From contig CM059431.1 in assembly GCA_030390025.1 (NCBI GenBank), positions 126,606,001 through 126,670,000 on the forward strand: a DNA stretch of 64,000 nt, in the 5' to 3' direction. The DNA comes from Squalus acanthias (Eukaryota). The translations under genes and the position numbers were made by a program. Positions 11,992 to 22,620 of the stretch are shown in pieces. Each line of letters begins with the position of its first letter. Within the stretch, counting starts at the first letter, position 1. Below the pieces are notes generated by a model. That model was not told the origin of the DNA. It did not search any database and saw only the letters and a list, made by a program, of their open reading frames with translations.

Positions 11992-13052
11992 CACAATTGT
12001 TTCAGCAATATCAATGAGTAGGTGTTTGCAGACCGAGGTCAAACGCTGCAATGAGCGAGGTGTGGCTGTGCAACAAGATGGACCCCCCCCTTTAAGAACT
12101 GGCCGGCGCCAGTCTGTCTGAGTACCAGTGTAATTGACATCGCGTGAGCTTCGGTAGCGTTCTGAGTTAGCGCCTCGCTCCCCGACATTAGCACCTTAAG
12201 AGAGGTGTGTTGCGCTTGATTTAGCGCTCAAATCACCTCCACTGGTGATGGAGGCGAATTTTGCGGTCGGCGGCGATAATTAGCGCCCGGCCGATATTAG
12301 CATGCAAATGGGTGATACCCAATTTCCCCCCCACGGAATCCCTATCTTTCGTTATGAACTGTCTACCCCTGCAAGCAGTATGGAAGAAATGAAAGGTTGC
12401 AATTGTGCTGACGATCTACAGTAATACCCAAATCTTAATATGCAACACACCGTGAGCATGACAACATTTACATATAAAATGCACATTCGATGGATCATTA
12501 CTTTGGACTGAATGCATGCAAGGATTTGAATAAAGGAATCTTTTGAGTCGAAGGCTGGTGGTGTTACATCCACACTTTACTTAATGGTCATTCATGGCCA
12601 TTATTAAAAAAAGTCTAAGACTGTGTCATAGGTGGATCATACACTGAGTTAATGGAATGGGAGTGTATTATTTTTACTGTAATATAATTCTTCCTAAGTT
12701 GCCTCCAGGTACTGGATACGTTGCTCCTGGCATTTACACTAATTGTCATTTCTTGTCAATCCTGTTAGATTGCTTGCCTGTGGGTCTGCAGCATTCTATT
12801 GAAGAAAGACAGTCCCTTTCTTGTGCCTCACTTCTTTCATCAGAATTTCTGTGGCCCCATTGGAGAAACTGGGCATTCTGTGTCTTCTTGAAATGCCTGC
12901 ATACTTGTTTACAAAGATAATGGTGCTGCCTTACAAATTGTGATGCCTGCCTCTTTAAGCAACTACAGGCCTTTCAATCCTTCAGCAGTGCCTGCTTTCT
13001 CAGCCTCCAATAAGCACCTCCCCAGTGACTGCCATTTTCATGCTGAGACTTT

Positions 13053-13239
13053 CAGGTAGGTTTTCAGCTTCACCACCTTGACAGTAAACTGGTGGAGCAG
13101 ACCGTCTACCATTACAGAACCCACCCTATCTTCAGTTCCCCTTGATTTCAGTGGAAATTAATATCGGGTGAGTTCTATAACGAGCGGGCGATCCACTCTG
13201 CCAGTTTGTCACCCTGGCCTTGAAGATAAAAATTACCCC
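13053..13239. mobile_element. Palindromic MITE
   Basis: Imperfect whole-length inverted repeat centred on ttcccttgatttcagtggaa; ends ggtaggtttt / aaaattacccc. Confidence 0.6.
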
Positions 13240-13681
13240 TCATCTCCATTAAGCAAATGACGTTAACCATTGCATTAGGAACAGGGTCAAAGCACTACAG
13301 GTCGAGCAGATGCTCATCTTCGACACTCCACTTCTGTTCAGGCTTATGCTCGATCAGAAAAACTAATCTCACATAGTAGCAGCAAACATCTTAGCATAGA
13401 ACAGACCTGGTGCAGAAAGAAGCTTCCTCTGCTCTGCCACAACAATATGGATTAATTCCAGCATCTCCTGCTGCACCAATGTAAGATTTCAGGTTAATAT
13501 GGCTTCCCTGACTGGGACAGGCATTTGGCAAATTCTGAGTAATTTTTAGCTGTGAACATGCTCCTATTAGGAACTGGATTGAGACTGCCGCAGTTTAGGA
13601 AGCTTCAATCTGCATCAATTCTGGGCGATCCCTGGTTTAAAATACTTCATGTAAACACGGGGTGCAAAAGTGGGAAATTAT

Positions 13682-13825
13682 GGCTAGAATTTCCTCGGGG
13701 CTTCTCTCGCTCCACCACTGTAACTTTGGCAGAAACCCCTCATATGTTCGTAAATTGGGCTTCTGCTGCACTTCAGCCAAAGTTATGACAACGGAGCGGG
13801 AGAAGCTCTGAGGAAATTCCTGGTC
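13682..13825. mobile_element. Palindromic Harbinger-type MITE
   Basis: Arms gaatttcctcggggcttctctcgctcc...taactttggc / gccaaagtta...ggagcgggagaagctctgaggaaattc; TAT on both flanks. Confidence 0.75.
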
Positions 13826-13967
13826 TATATCTTCTCCAGCATTGACGTCATTGAGCTTGCTCACAACAATTTCACGTGGGATCCTTCCAATTATCAGAGA
13901 AAATATATTTTTTTATCTCTGATTGGTTTAGACTGAGGGTAAAGTGTTGAAAGGATAGTGTGGTAAG

Positions 13968-14024
13968 CAACTCTGCTGATCAACTCTGCTGATCAATCCT
14001 GCTGATCAATCCTGCTGATCAATC
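13968..14024 (+). repeat. 13-bp tandem repeat x4 (aYYctgctgatca)
   Basis: Direct reading. Confidence 0.9.
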
Positions 14025-14164
14025 TAGGGGTTCTGTGACCCAATCCAGGACTTCATCAAGCCTATGACCAGGGTACCTTTTTAATTACAGTATCGATCTA
14101 CAATAGCATTGTGCTATTTTGTTTATATAATGTATGTTGTGGATCATAGCTTTATCACATCACA

Positions 14165-14713
14165 GGGGGTACAGTAGCATAGTGGTTGACGTAAGAAAAC
14201 TACTAGGCACTTGGTCTAAGCGTTAAACAAAGCTTTAATCAACTGTTTTACAACATGGAGGTCTAGTTGTGTCCTTCACTAGCTCCTGTTATGAATGTCC
14301 TGCGCAAGCTGGGCCCGTGCCCAAGTATTTATACTCTCCCTGGACAGCGCCACCCGCAGGCCACTCAGTATTATTTCCAAAGTCTTTCTTTCATGAATGA
14401 CAGATTCATGTCAGTGGTTATGTTAGTGGACTAGTATTCCAGAAGCCTGGATTACTGATCCAGAGATGAGTTCAAATACCACCACGGCAGCTGGGGAATT
14501 TAAATTCAGTTATATAAATAATTTGGAATAAAAAGCTAGTATCAGTAATGGTGACAATGAAGCTACTGGATTGTCGAAATCAGCCGTCCTTACCCGGTCT
14601 GGCCTATATGTGACCACAGCAATGTGGTTGACTCTTAACTGCCCTCTGAAATGGCATAGCAAGCCACTCAGTTGTACCAAACCGCTACAAAAAACAATAA
14701 TAAGAATAAAACC
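14165..14713 (+). mobile_element. tRNA-headed SINE / 5' end of the 5589-type LINE
   Basis: A box TAGCATAGTGG (14175-14185), B box GTTCAAATAC (14470-14479); 14557-14713 aligns with the LINE 5' UTR at 5589-5792. Confidence 0.8.
14187..14413 (-). mobile_element. Solo LTR, 227 bp
   Basis: TGAC...GTCA termini; 5-bp TSD GTGGT (14182-14186, 14414-14418); minus-strand TATAAATA then ATTAAA. Confidence 0.85.
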
Positions 14714-14715
14714 TT

Positions 14716-17245
14716 GCCATCATGAGGACGAGCAGCTGAGGAGGATGGGGGAGGAAGACAAGGAGGAAGAAGAAGAAGGGAGGAGGAAGAAGAAGGGAGG
14801 AGGCATCCTAGACAGCCCCTTTCTGGCCGGGCTATCTGTGATGACTCATCCGGCTGCGATACCAGTAAACGCAACCTCAATTCCCCATTCACCAACAGTA
14901 CCACACCTTACCTTCCCTCTGTTACTGGCCATCACAGCCTCTGCTTGGCCACAATGCAAAAATAAAAGCCAACACAAAATAAACATTCCAGACCAAATTT
15001 ATAAATCTAATCATTCCATATTGCATGCAAAGATCATTTAATCACCCTTGTGCATTCCTTTAGTGCCTGTCTTCCATGTGCCTGTGCCAGTCCTAGTGCT
15101 GCTACGCAGTGCTACCCCAGTGACTGCAGCATGACTGGTGGAAGGCTGCTGACTTTCAGTGGAGGAGACTTCAGATGGCCTTGGAGGATGACCTCGAGCA
15201 GGTCTGGGCCTAGAAGGCCCAGCTGTAGACTGTATCATCTCAGCATGGGCGGCAGCAGTCCAAGCTGGCTGGCTGACAGGCAACAGCAAGTGCACTGGCG
15301 AAGTGGCAGGGATGGGAGGACAAATGCTGTCATCCTCCACGGATCCATTGCCACTCCCCCGGGGCAGCACCTCAGTAATCCTAGTAATCTGCTGGAGGAC
15401 AGGTTGCTGGACTGCTGTGACACCCTGCAAGCCCCTTTCAACACTGGTAAATGCAGCCACGACGGCAGCAGTCTAAGCTTGTGTAACAGCTGACTGAGCT
15501 TGGCTGGCAGCAAGCTTCCACAGCAGCAGCCAGGTGTTGGGTGGCTTTTGCTTGTGCTGCAATGTAAGCTGAGACATTGACCATCAGATGCTGCATGATG
15601 GTTGGGCCCACAAGTGTGCGAACGGAGTTTTCCACCAATTCCACGCTGGAAAGGATGGGCTCCAAGCTCTGCACAAAGCCCTGTGCAATATTGGTGCCAG
15701 ACTCCTCCATGCTCCTTGACATTGCACGCAGTCTTTGTTGCATGCCTGCCAATGCACCAAGCGTTTCATTGTGCATACCCATCAGCCTTCTTCTATAGCC
15801 TGTCCCATCAAAGTACTCATCTGAGTCCTCTGTAGCAGAACTCCTGTGCATGCTCGCCCTCCGGCGAGTTGGCACCTGCACTACCCTTGCCCCCTGCCCT
15901 GGCTGCAGGCCACTCATGCCCAGTTTCTCACCACATGCAGATCCCACCTCTAAACTATCCTCTAAAATACGTGGAGTGTCAATATCTGAGCTGGTAGCTG
16001 TGAGTGTGAAATCGAGTGATGGTGTTTCTTCATCATCATTGACTTCTTCCACCTGTTACTCTTCCACCACCGCCTGGCCAGGTTTCAGTTCTTGGGGATC
16101 TGAAAGGAAAAAGGCTTGTTGAGGGGAGTGGGGAAAGCAAGTGTATGCTTACACCATCTGCAGCTTGTAAATCAGAAGAGATTGTGGGATGAGGGGGAAA
16201 TGGGATGTTAGAAGAAGGATTAGGTATGAAGATACCATCATCTTCAATTGATTCAATCCCACCGCTGGCCACTTGCTCAGCAACGGCCATTCCAATGATA
16301 GTGAGCACCCACTCCGCCATGGGGATAACAACATGCAATCGTGCCTGTCCTCTGCCAATTAGCTCCTGCTGCCTCTGGTTATGCACAAACTTGTCCTGCA
16401 AGAGAGAGGGAAGTGTGTCAGTGAGTGTGGTGCAATGTGGGGTGATGTGGCTGTCATGGTTGAATAGCTGGTAGTGTGTGCAAGCTGTGAGATTTGGGTG
16501 TGAAGCTCACAGCAGTGTTAAGTGTGTGAGGGTGTGGTGAAGCTATGAATGTTAGGTATGAGTAGTGATTGATAGAAATTTTTGGTAGGTGAGTGATGGG
16601 AATGTGGTGCATTGAGCAGTGTGTGAGGATAGTGGTGCAGTTGGTGGGATATGACATTTGAAGATGAATTCACTTACCTTGACCACTCATGTGAGGTCAT
16701 TGAACTTTTTGTGATACTGCTTCCAGGTCCTCGGGACTTGATTCCTAGCATTGACTGTCACTGCTATCTGGTCCCACTGCCTTCACAAAATTTGTCTGGA
16801 GGGCCTGCTGGACCCCTGTGGATAGAGCACATATCTCCTCCTCTCCACCTCCTCCACCAATGCCTCCAGTGCAGTGTCTGAGAATCTTGGAGCACACACT
16901 CTCCCCTATTGTGCCACTATTCAGCCTGTCCCAGGTCAGAATGTCTTCCTGCATGACATCCAGCACCTGCTCCAGCCACAATGCACCTCTCCTTTAAATG
17001 GTGCAGGCTGGTTTTAAGTAGTGCAGGCTAGCTTTAACTGGTGCTAGCCTGTCACAATATTGGTCCCCTGTTGAGGCGTGCATCCACTATTCAACAGCGC
17101 AGTTAGCACTGGCTGTACGCTAAAATCATTTGAATGAGCAGGCAGCATGAAGTTGACATGCTGCCTGCATCAGACTCAACGGGCGTGGGCTAATCACGCA
17201 TCGTGTTCCCCGCGTCCATTTTTGGGACCTGTCCAATTTAATCCC
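14716..17245. mobile_element. PIF/Harbinger transposon, left-truncated (transposase acidic tail + degenerate spliced Myb/SANT gene on minus)
   Basis: Minus-strand Myb-type exon ~16900-16677 (..KKFNDLT*VVK, gtaagt donor); later exons homologous to 10084-11517; terminal ccaatttaatccc. Confidence 0.8.
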
Positions 17246-18329
17246 TTGTGAGTCTTGCTGGTGCTTGCGTGTTTGCAAAGATTGTGCTTTGTATGAATGA
17301 GATTCCTGACAGTCAGGTAATGACAGCAAATCAGCATGGGAGATAAGAAGGTGGCATTATTTGAGAGTGTGCCATGCAGAGTATACAGTTTTGAATCATG
17401 TATGGAGGAATTCACAACTCGTAACACTGCAGTGCTGATTTTCCAACGCATATTTCCTTTGAATGCAACTCTCTGTTGAGCAGGCAGGATCAGTGAATTT
17501 ATCCTCATATTTCCAGTCTTGACATAGCTTTAGTGGCATTATGCTATTCGCCTTTAAGAGAAATGTAAGTCTTTTTCAATTTTAACTTTAAACTAATGAG
17601 GAATGAAAAAAAGACTTTGCAAAATTCCAGACACATATTGGTAAAGGTTGTCTCATATGCATCTGAAAACAAACACATTGGTGTCACAAATAAAATGGTT
17701 TCATCTTATTGCTCTGCAACGTTCAGTGTTGAATTTGCATAATAATAATGATGAGGCTGAATGTTGTTACAAGTGTATTAGTGTTCCTGTAACCCTGCAA
17801 TAATAGAACCAGAGCACACAGGTTTACAAGCAATAAGGTTCATGCAAGACTAAAGATTGGAAGGTTTTTTTCCCTCATAGAGTAGTGGATGTGTGGAACA
17901 CAAAATAGAGCTCAGTTACTTAATGCCTTCAAAAAAAAGCTGTCTAAATATCTGGTTAGAGATAGAATCAAAGGTGGGAGGTGATAGGCAGACTCCAATG
18001 CTCTAAAGGATGCAATGGTTCCTGTGCAACTAGCATGGGCCTAGTAGCACAGGAACCACTGTGTCCCATGGAGTATTTGACAACCTCAGTCAACCTATCC
18101 TCCCACCTCTGATGAAGCTTGTAATAGATGTGACTATGTCTACCTTTGACACATAAATTATTACTTTGCCCTGTGAAATGTCATTATTTTAGAAGGCAAA
18201 TATAAACCTGTTGGAATTCTTCATTTTTAAAGCCTAATGAGATGTTTATTTCCCAACAATTGGCAAGTTTTGTATATACTACAGTAAAGCAGTAAAAGAT
18301 ATACAAGAAGGTGACGAAGGCGGCACCCA

Positions 18330-19245
18330 GCTCTACCTCACCACCACCTTTCCCAACCCCTCCACTTCTTCCGTGTTGTCAGACTGCTTATCCGACATCC
18401 AGTTCTGGATGAGCTACAATCTCCTTCCATTAAACATTGGGAAGACAAAAACCATTGTCTTAGTCCCCCGCCAAAACTCTGTTTCTTAGTCACCGATTCC
18501 ACTCCCCTCCATGGCCACTGACTGAGGCTGAAACACACTGTTTGCAACCTCGGCATCCTCCTTGACACTGAGCTGAGCTTCCGACCCCATATCCTCTCCA
18601 TCACAAAGACTGCCTAGTTCCACCACCGTAAGGACCTCATCTCCGCTCCTGCCTCACCTCATCTGCTGCTGAAATGCTCATCAATGCTTTTGATACCTCC
18701 AGACTCGACTATTCCAAAGCCCTCCAGGCCAGCTTTGCATCTTCCACTTTCCATAAAATTGATCTCATCCAAAACTCTGCTGGCCGTATCCTAACTTGCA
18801 CCAAATCCCGTTCATCCATCACCCCTATACTCACTGACTCCCGGTCCACCAAATACTCAAATTTAAAATTCTCATCCTCGTGTTCAAATCCCTCCGTGAC
18901 TTTGCCTCTCCCCATCTCTATAATCTCCTCCAGCCCTACAACTATCCCACAACTCTGAGTTCCTTCAACTATGGCCTCTTGTGCAGCCCCCACTTCCTTC
19001 ATCCCACCATTGGCGACCGTGCCTTCAGCTATTTAGGCCTTAAGCTTTGGAATTCCCCACTAAACCACTCTGTCTCTCCACCTGTCTCTCCTCCTTTAAG
19101 ATTCTCTTTAATACTTTGACCAAGATTTTGGTCACCTGTCCTAATGTCTCCTTCTTTGGCTTGGTGTCAGTTTTGGTCTGATTACGCTCCTGTGAAGCAA
19201 ATTGGGACTTAAACTACGTTAAAGCCGTTATATAAATACAAGCTG
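18330..19245 (+). mobile_element. L2 LINE 3' fragment
   Basis: SRLDYS, IQNSAGRILT; homologous to 1400-2300; L2-type tail ...tatataaatacaag. Confidence 0.85.
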
Positions 19246-19532
19246 TTGCTGTTTGTTATTGTTAAGATGTTTTCCTTTGTGTATAATTTAAACTGCAATA
19301 GATTATCCACTTTGGAATTGCTCATGGAAAGAAATAAAACTGAATGTCTCAATCTACCTGCAGCTGTCATTCTATTTGTCTCCAACTCTTTAATTCGTTC
19401 TATATTGCTCTCTCCTTCTGTTTGCCTTCAGTTCTCTGTTCCATCTCTCTCTCTCTGTAGGCTTCTCAGACTTTAATCATCGTTGAATCACTGTGCCACT
19501 ATTTATCACTCTCTCTGTTTGTGTCTCTCATC

Positions 19533-20214
19533 GGGAGGAATTTTAACCCCCCAAAAATGGGTGGCTTGCGGTCGGGTGAGATGTAAAAATTTAAACATCT
19601 CAAACCCGACCCCAATCCGCCTCCAATCCGCCCACTTCCCACTTCCGGGTTTAATGGAGGCGAGACGGGGGCAGGCAGCCAAACCGCTCCCAGGATAATG
19701 AAGCTGAGAGCCTTGTACTTAACCTGTCTTACAGGTTTAACCCTGGCCGGCCAGGATTCCCAGGCCTCAGGAAACCTAGCAGCTCCAGGGAGGCGAGGAC
19801 AGCTTCAGGGAAAAGGTAAGTGCCTTTTCAGCGCTGATTGTAGGCCAAGAGGAGTGCTTCCCCCGGCCTCCCAAGCTTACCTTCTTCCCTGCCATCGGAC
19901 CAGCCCCCCCCATCCAAAGAAACCCCCTCCCCCCGCCACTGGGATCAAAGTTCCCCCCGGGGGTCGGGGATCAGCGTTCCCCCCCACCCCCAAATGCTCC
20001 GACTAGCAACTGCAGGCTCTCTACCTGCTCCTGCGGCCTGCTCTGGAGGGCTCCCTGCCCAACTGGGAGCCAAGCCTGTCAATCAGGCTGACTCCCGGGC
20101 GGGGATCCTGAAGAGAAAAATTGATGCACACTGTGGAGTCCAAACTCCACACCATGCGCCCGACTGAAACTCCTCCCCACCGCTCAAAAAACCTGTCCTT
20201 GTCAATATCGGGGC
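19533..20214. mobile_element. Harbinger-type MITE (family shared with 38428-39154 and 39613-40427)
   Basis: Ends gggaggaattttaacccc / gtcaatatcggggc; inverted homology to 38428-39154. Confidence 0.7.
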
Positions 20215-20363
20215 TTTTGTTTCAACTTTTCTCTTCCATATGTCTTTCTCTGTTTGCCTCACACATTTCCTCTTTCCCTTTCTATGTAAAGTTGAAATTC
20301 CAATTGGAGAAGATGCTTACGACATTCCAGAGTGTGCTGTTTATACACAGGTGTTGACTCACT

Positions 20364-20539
20364 GGGGTTGAGTTTAACCCGCCCGGCTAGCAGACACAAT
20401 GCGGTTCGACTTTACAGCTGGCAACATTTTACCTTCACTGACTTTGAAGTTGGCTGAGGCTCCTGCTAGCCTAATTTAAATCTAAAAGTCGCAGCCCGAT
20501 GACGTTATTGGCTTTACATTGGCAATTAAAATCGACCCC
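20364..20539. mobile_element. Short MITE
   Basis: TIRs ggggttgagtttaa / ttaaaatcgacccc; flanks ACT/ATT. Confidence 0.6.
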
Positions 20540-21186
20540 ATTTATTCTGAACAGATAACAGAATACACAACAATGTATTCATACATGAACTTTGCCGATT
20601 GGTATTTGTACCCTGGTATGTCTTTTCATTTCTATATATCTGTCCCTTCGAATGTATCTCAGACACTTTCACTTTCTCTATCTCACACACTCTTTTTCTT
20701 CTCAAATGTTATGGAAACCTGGAGACATTCTTAGGGCTCCAAACCCCTAATATCTGTAGAAGTTATCTTCTCTGTTCCTAGAAATTGCTGGAGCGGTGGG
20801 GGGGCGTACATGGAGCATGTGTTGCTTTGCTGCCTTCATATGAAGGAATACTGGAAGTGCATGATTTGGGAGGAAGCAAGGGGATGATGCTGGGACTGTA
20901 AGTAGGAGCGACTGGGGGGGTGAGAGGGGGGTAGTCAGGGCCTCACACTCAGGTTCAGAGGCAGTTTGATGCTAGGCCGAGAGTTTAGACTTGAGGTTGG
21001 AGGACTCAGGCTTTGAGGAAACAGAGAGGTTGGGGGCCCAGGTGAAAGAGGAGCAGGGAAGTGGGGCTTTGCTGCTGAGTAATACTGGGATCATATGTAT
21101 GGATTATGGTCCTTGGTAATCACATGAGTGATAATAAATTAACAATCACATGGTTAGCACGGCTCAATCAGATCTGAAAGACACCT

Positions 21187-21878
21187 GGGGGGCTAAATTC
21201 GGTTGATTAGCGTCTCCCGTTAGCACCCTAAGAGGGCGCTAACGGGGCACAAATCAACTAGTGCCTGAGCGTGGTGCCGCTAATGTCTCCCGTGAAATTC
21301 AGCGGGAGGTTAGCGGTGGCGCTAACCATTATCGCCGCACGGCGCTGCGCTGCCGGCGATGATATCATCGCCATGCGCAGCGCCCCGCTCGTGCCCCGGC
21401 TGTAATATTGGGTGGCGCCCCCCCCCCCCCAGACTTACCGCTGGACGCTATGTCTGCCAGGGTCAGGGGGGCCTACCTGCGGCCGGGGCGGCGCTAGTTA
21501 AAGGGGAGGTGGCAGGTGGCCATTTTTGTTGCAGGCCGCCTGCCAGCACCTGCCCCCGTTGCTGTCCCCGGCCCCTGTGAAGCCCCCCTGCAGGGTGCCG
21601 GCTGCTGTCCGTGAGCCTGGCACTCCTACTGAGTGCCGGGCACGTTTGCCGGCACTCCTGATCCCTGGTGGCCCAGCTGGGTGCCGGGACACGCTGAGCC
21701 AGGCCCCTCCCCTTTAATAAGGGGAGGAAGGCCTGCAGTACTGCAGCACGTAGTGCCGTGATATTGGCTCGCAGTGCCCCAAGAGGGACGCGGGGCGCTT
21801 CCAGTAGCACCCCTCCTACGTCTTGGGACGCTACCTGGGAAAATCGGCCGCGGGGGCGCTAACTTTTTCGGGGCAAGC
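21187..21878. mobile_element. CpG-rich Harbinger MITE, right end lost
   Basis: Start ggggggctaaattcgg resembles 31353 and the reverse complement of the 58140 end. Confidence 0.65.
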
Positions 21879-22299
21879 CACTTTATTGTATCACTACCTT
21901 CTCAGGGCAACTACAGATGGGCAGTAAATACCAGCCTTACCAGTGATGCCCAGAGAAGAATGTGGGCAAAAAAAAATATGGACTGGTAGTACAGGGGGCA
22001 CTGAAAGGGTATGGAGCTGAGTGAAGAATCAGCATGTAATAGAGGTTGGGGTTGTGACTATTATTCAATAGCAGCTGAGACTAGGGCTTGGAGTGGCAGT
22101 GGAAAATTGTGAGCAGTGTATGGGGAGGGTGAGGAGATTATGGGGCTGAGGCTGGTATCAGGATAAGAAGAAGGCAAATACTTTCCTCTATTTTGCTCAT
22201 ATTTCTTATGGGGCCCATCAACCTACCACAAACTTAAGTTGGAACTGCTACCCACTCTGGGGGGGGCTACCATTTCCAGTAAAGTGCACAACCATTGCT

Positions 22300-22620
22300 C
22301 TTTTGGACAGACTCTTTCATTGTGCATAAACTGAATGGCACATACCTTGAGGGTTGAGATAGCATCAGAGGTTCAACAGCCAAGAATGAAGAGATGGCAA
22401 TGTTCTCCTATGAGCAATCCACACAGTCTTCAAATAATGCAGGCACCATGAAATGCTGAACAATGGCATATCATGGCTTCTTCCAGGATAATGGCCACTA
22501 ACATACGTGATTATATTTCTGAGGTCAGATACCACATGAACATTAATTGAGTGCAAACACTTTTTCTTCATGAAAACCATGGGATTATATGAAGAGTCCT
22601 AATGCTTATATGCATAGTTG
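22300..22620 (-). pseudogene. Old Harbinger transposase fragment
   Basis: KKCLHSINVHVVSD...YPGRSHD motif. Confidence 0.65.

Larger units (their letters stand above)
9051..12332. mobile_element. PIF/Harbinger transposon, left end missing
   Basis: Convergent transposase and Myb/SANT genes; right TIR ...cccaatttccccccc ending at 12332. Confidence 0.9.

Noticed and set aside
14165..14490. Functional tRNA gene
   Set aside because: Only A/B boxes are present, with no cloverleaf; interrupted by an LTR and continuous with retroelement sequence
18109..18140. CTGATGA after the hairpin as a hammerhead
   Set aside because: No GAAA box, no stem II and no correctly placed NUH site
21187..21878. CpG-island promoter of a host gene
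   Set aside because: The CpG richness lies within a Harbinger MITE family also seen at 55191-58140
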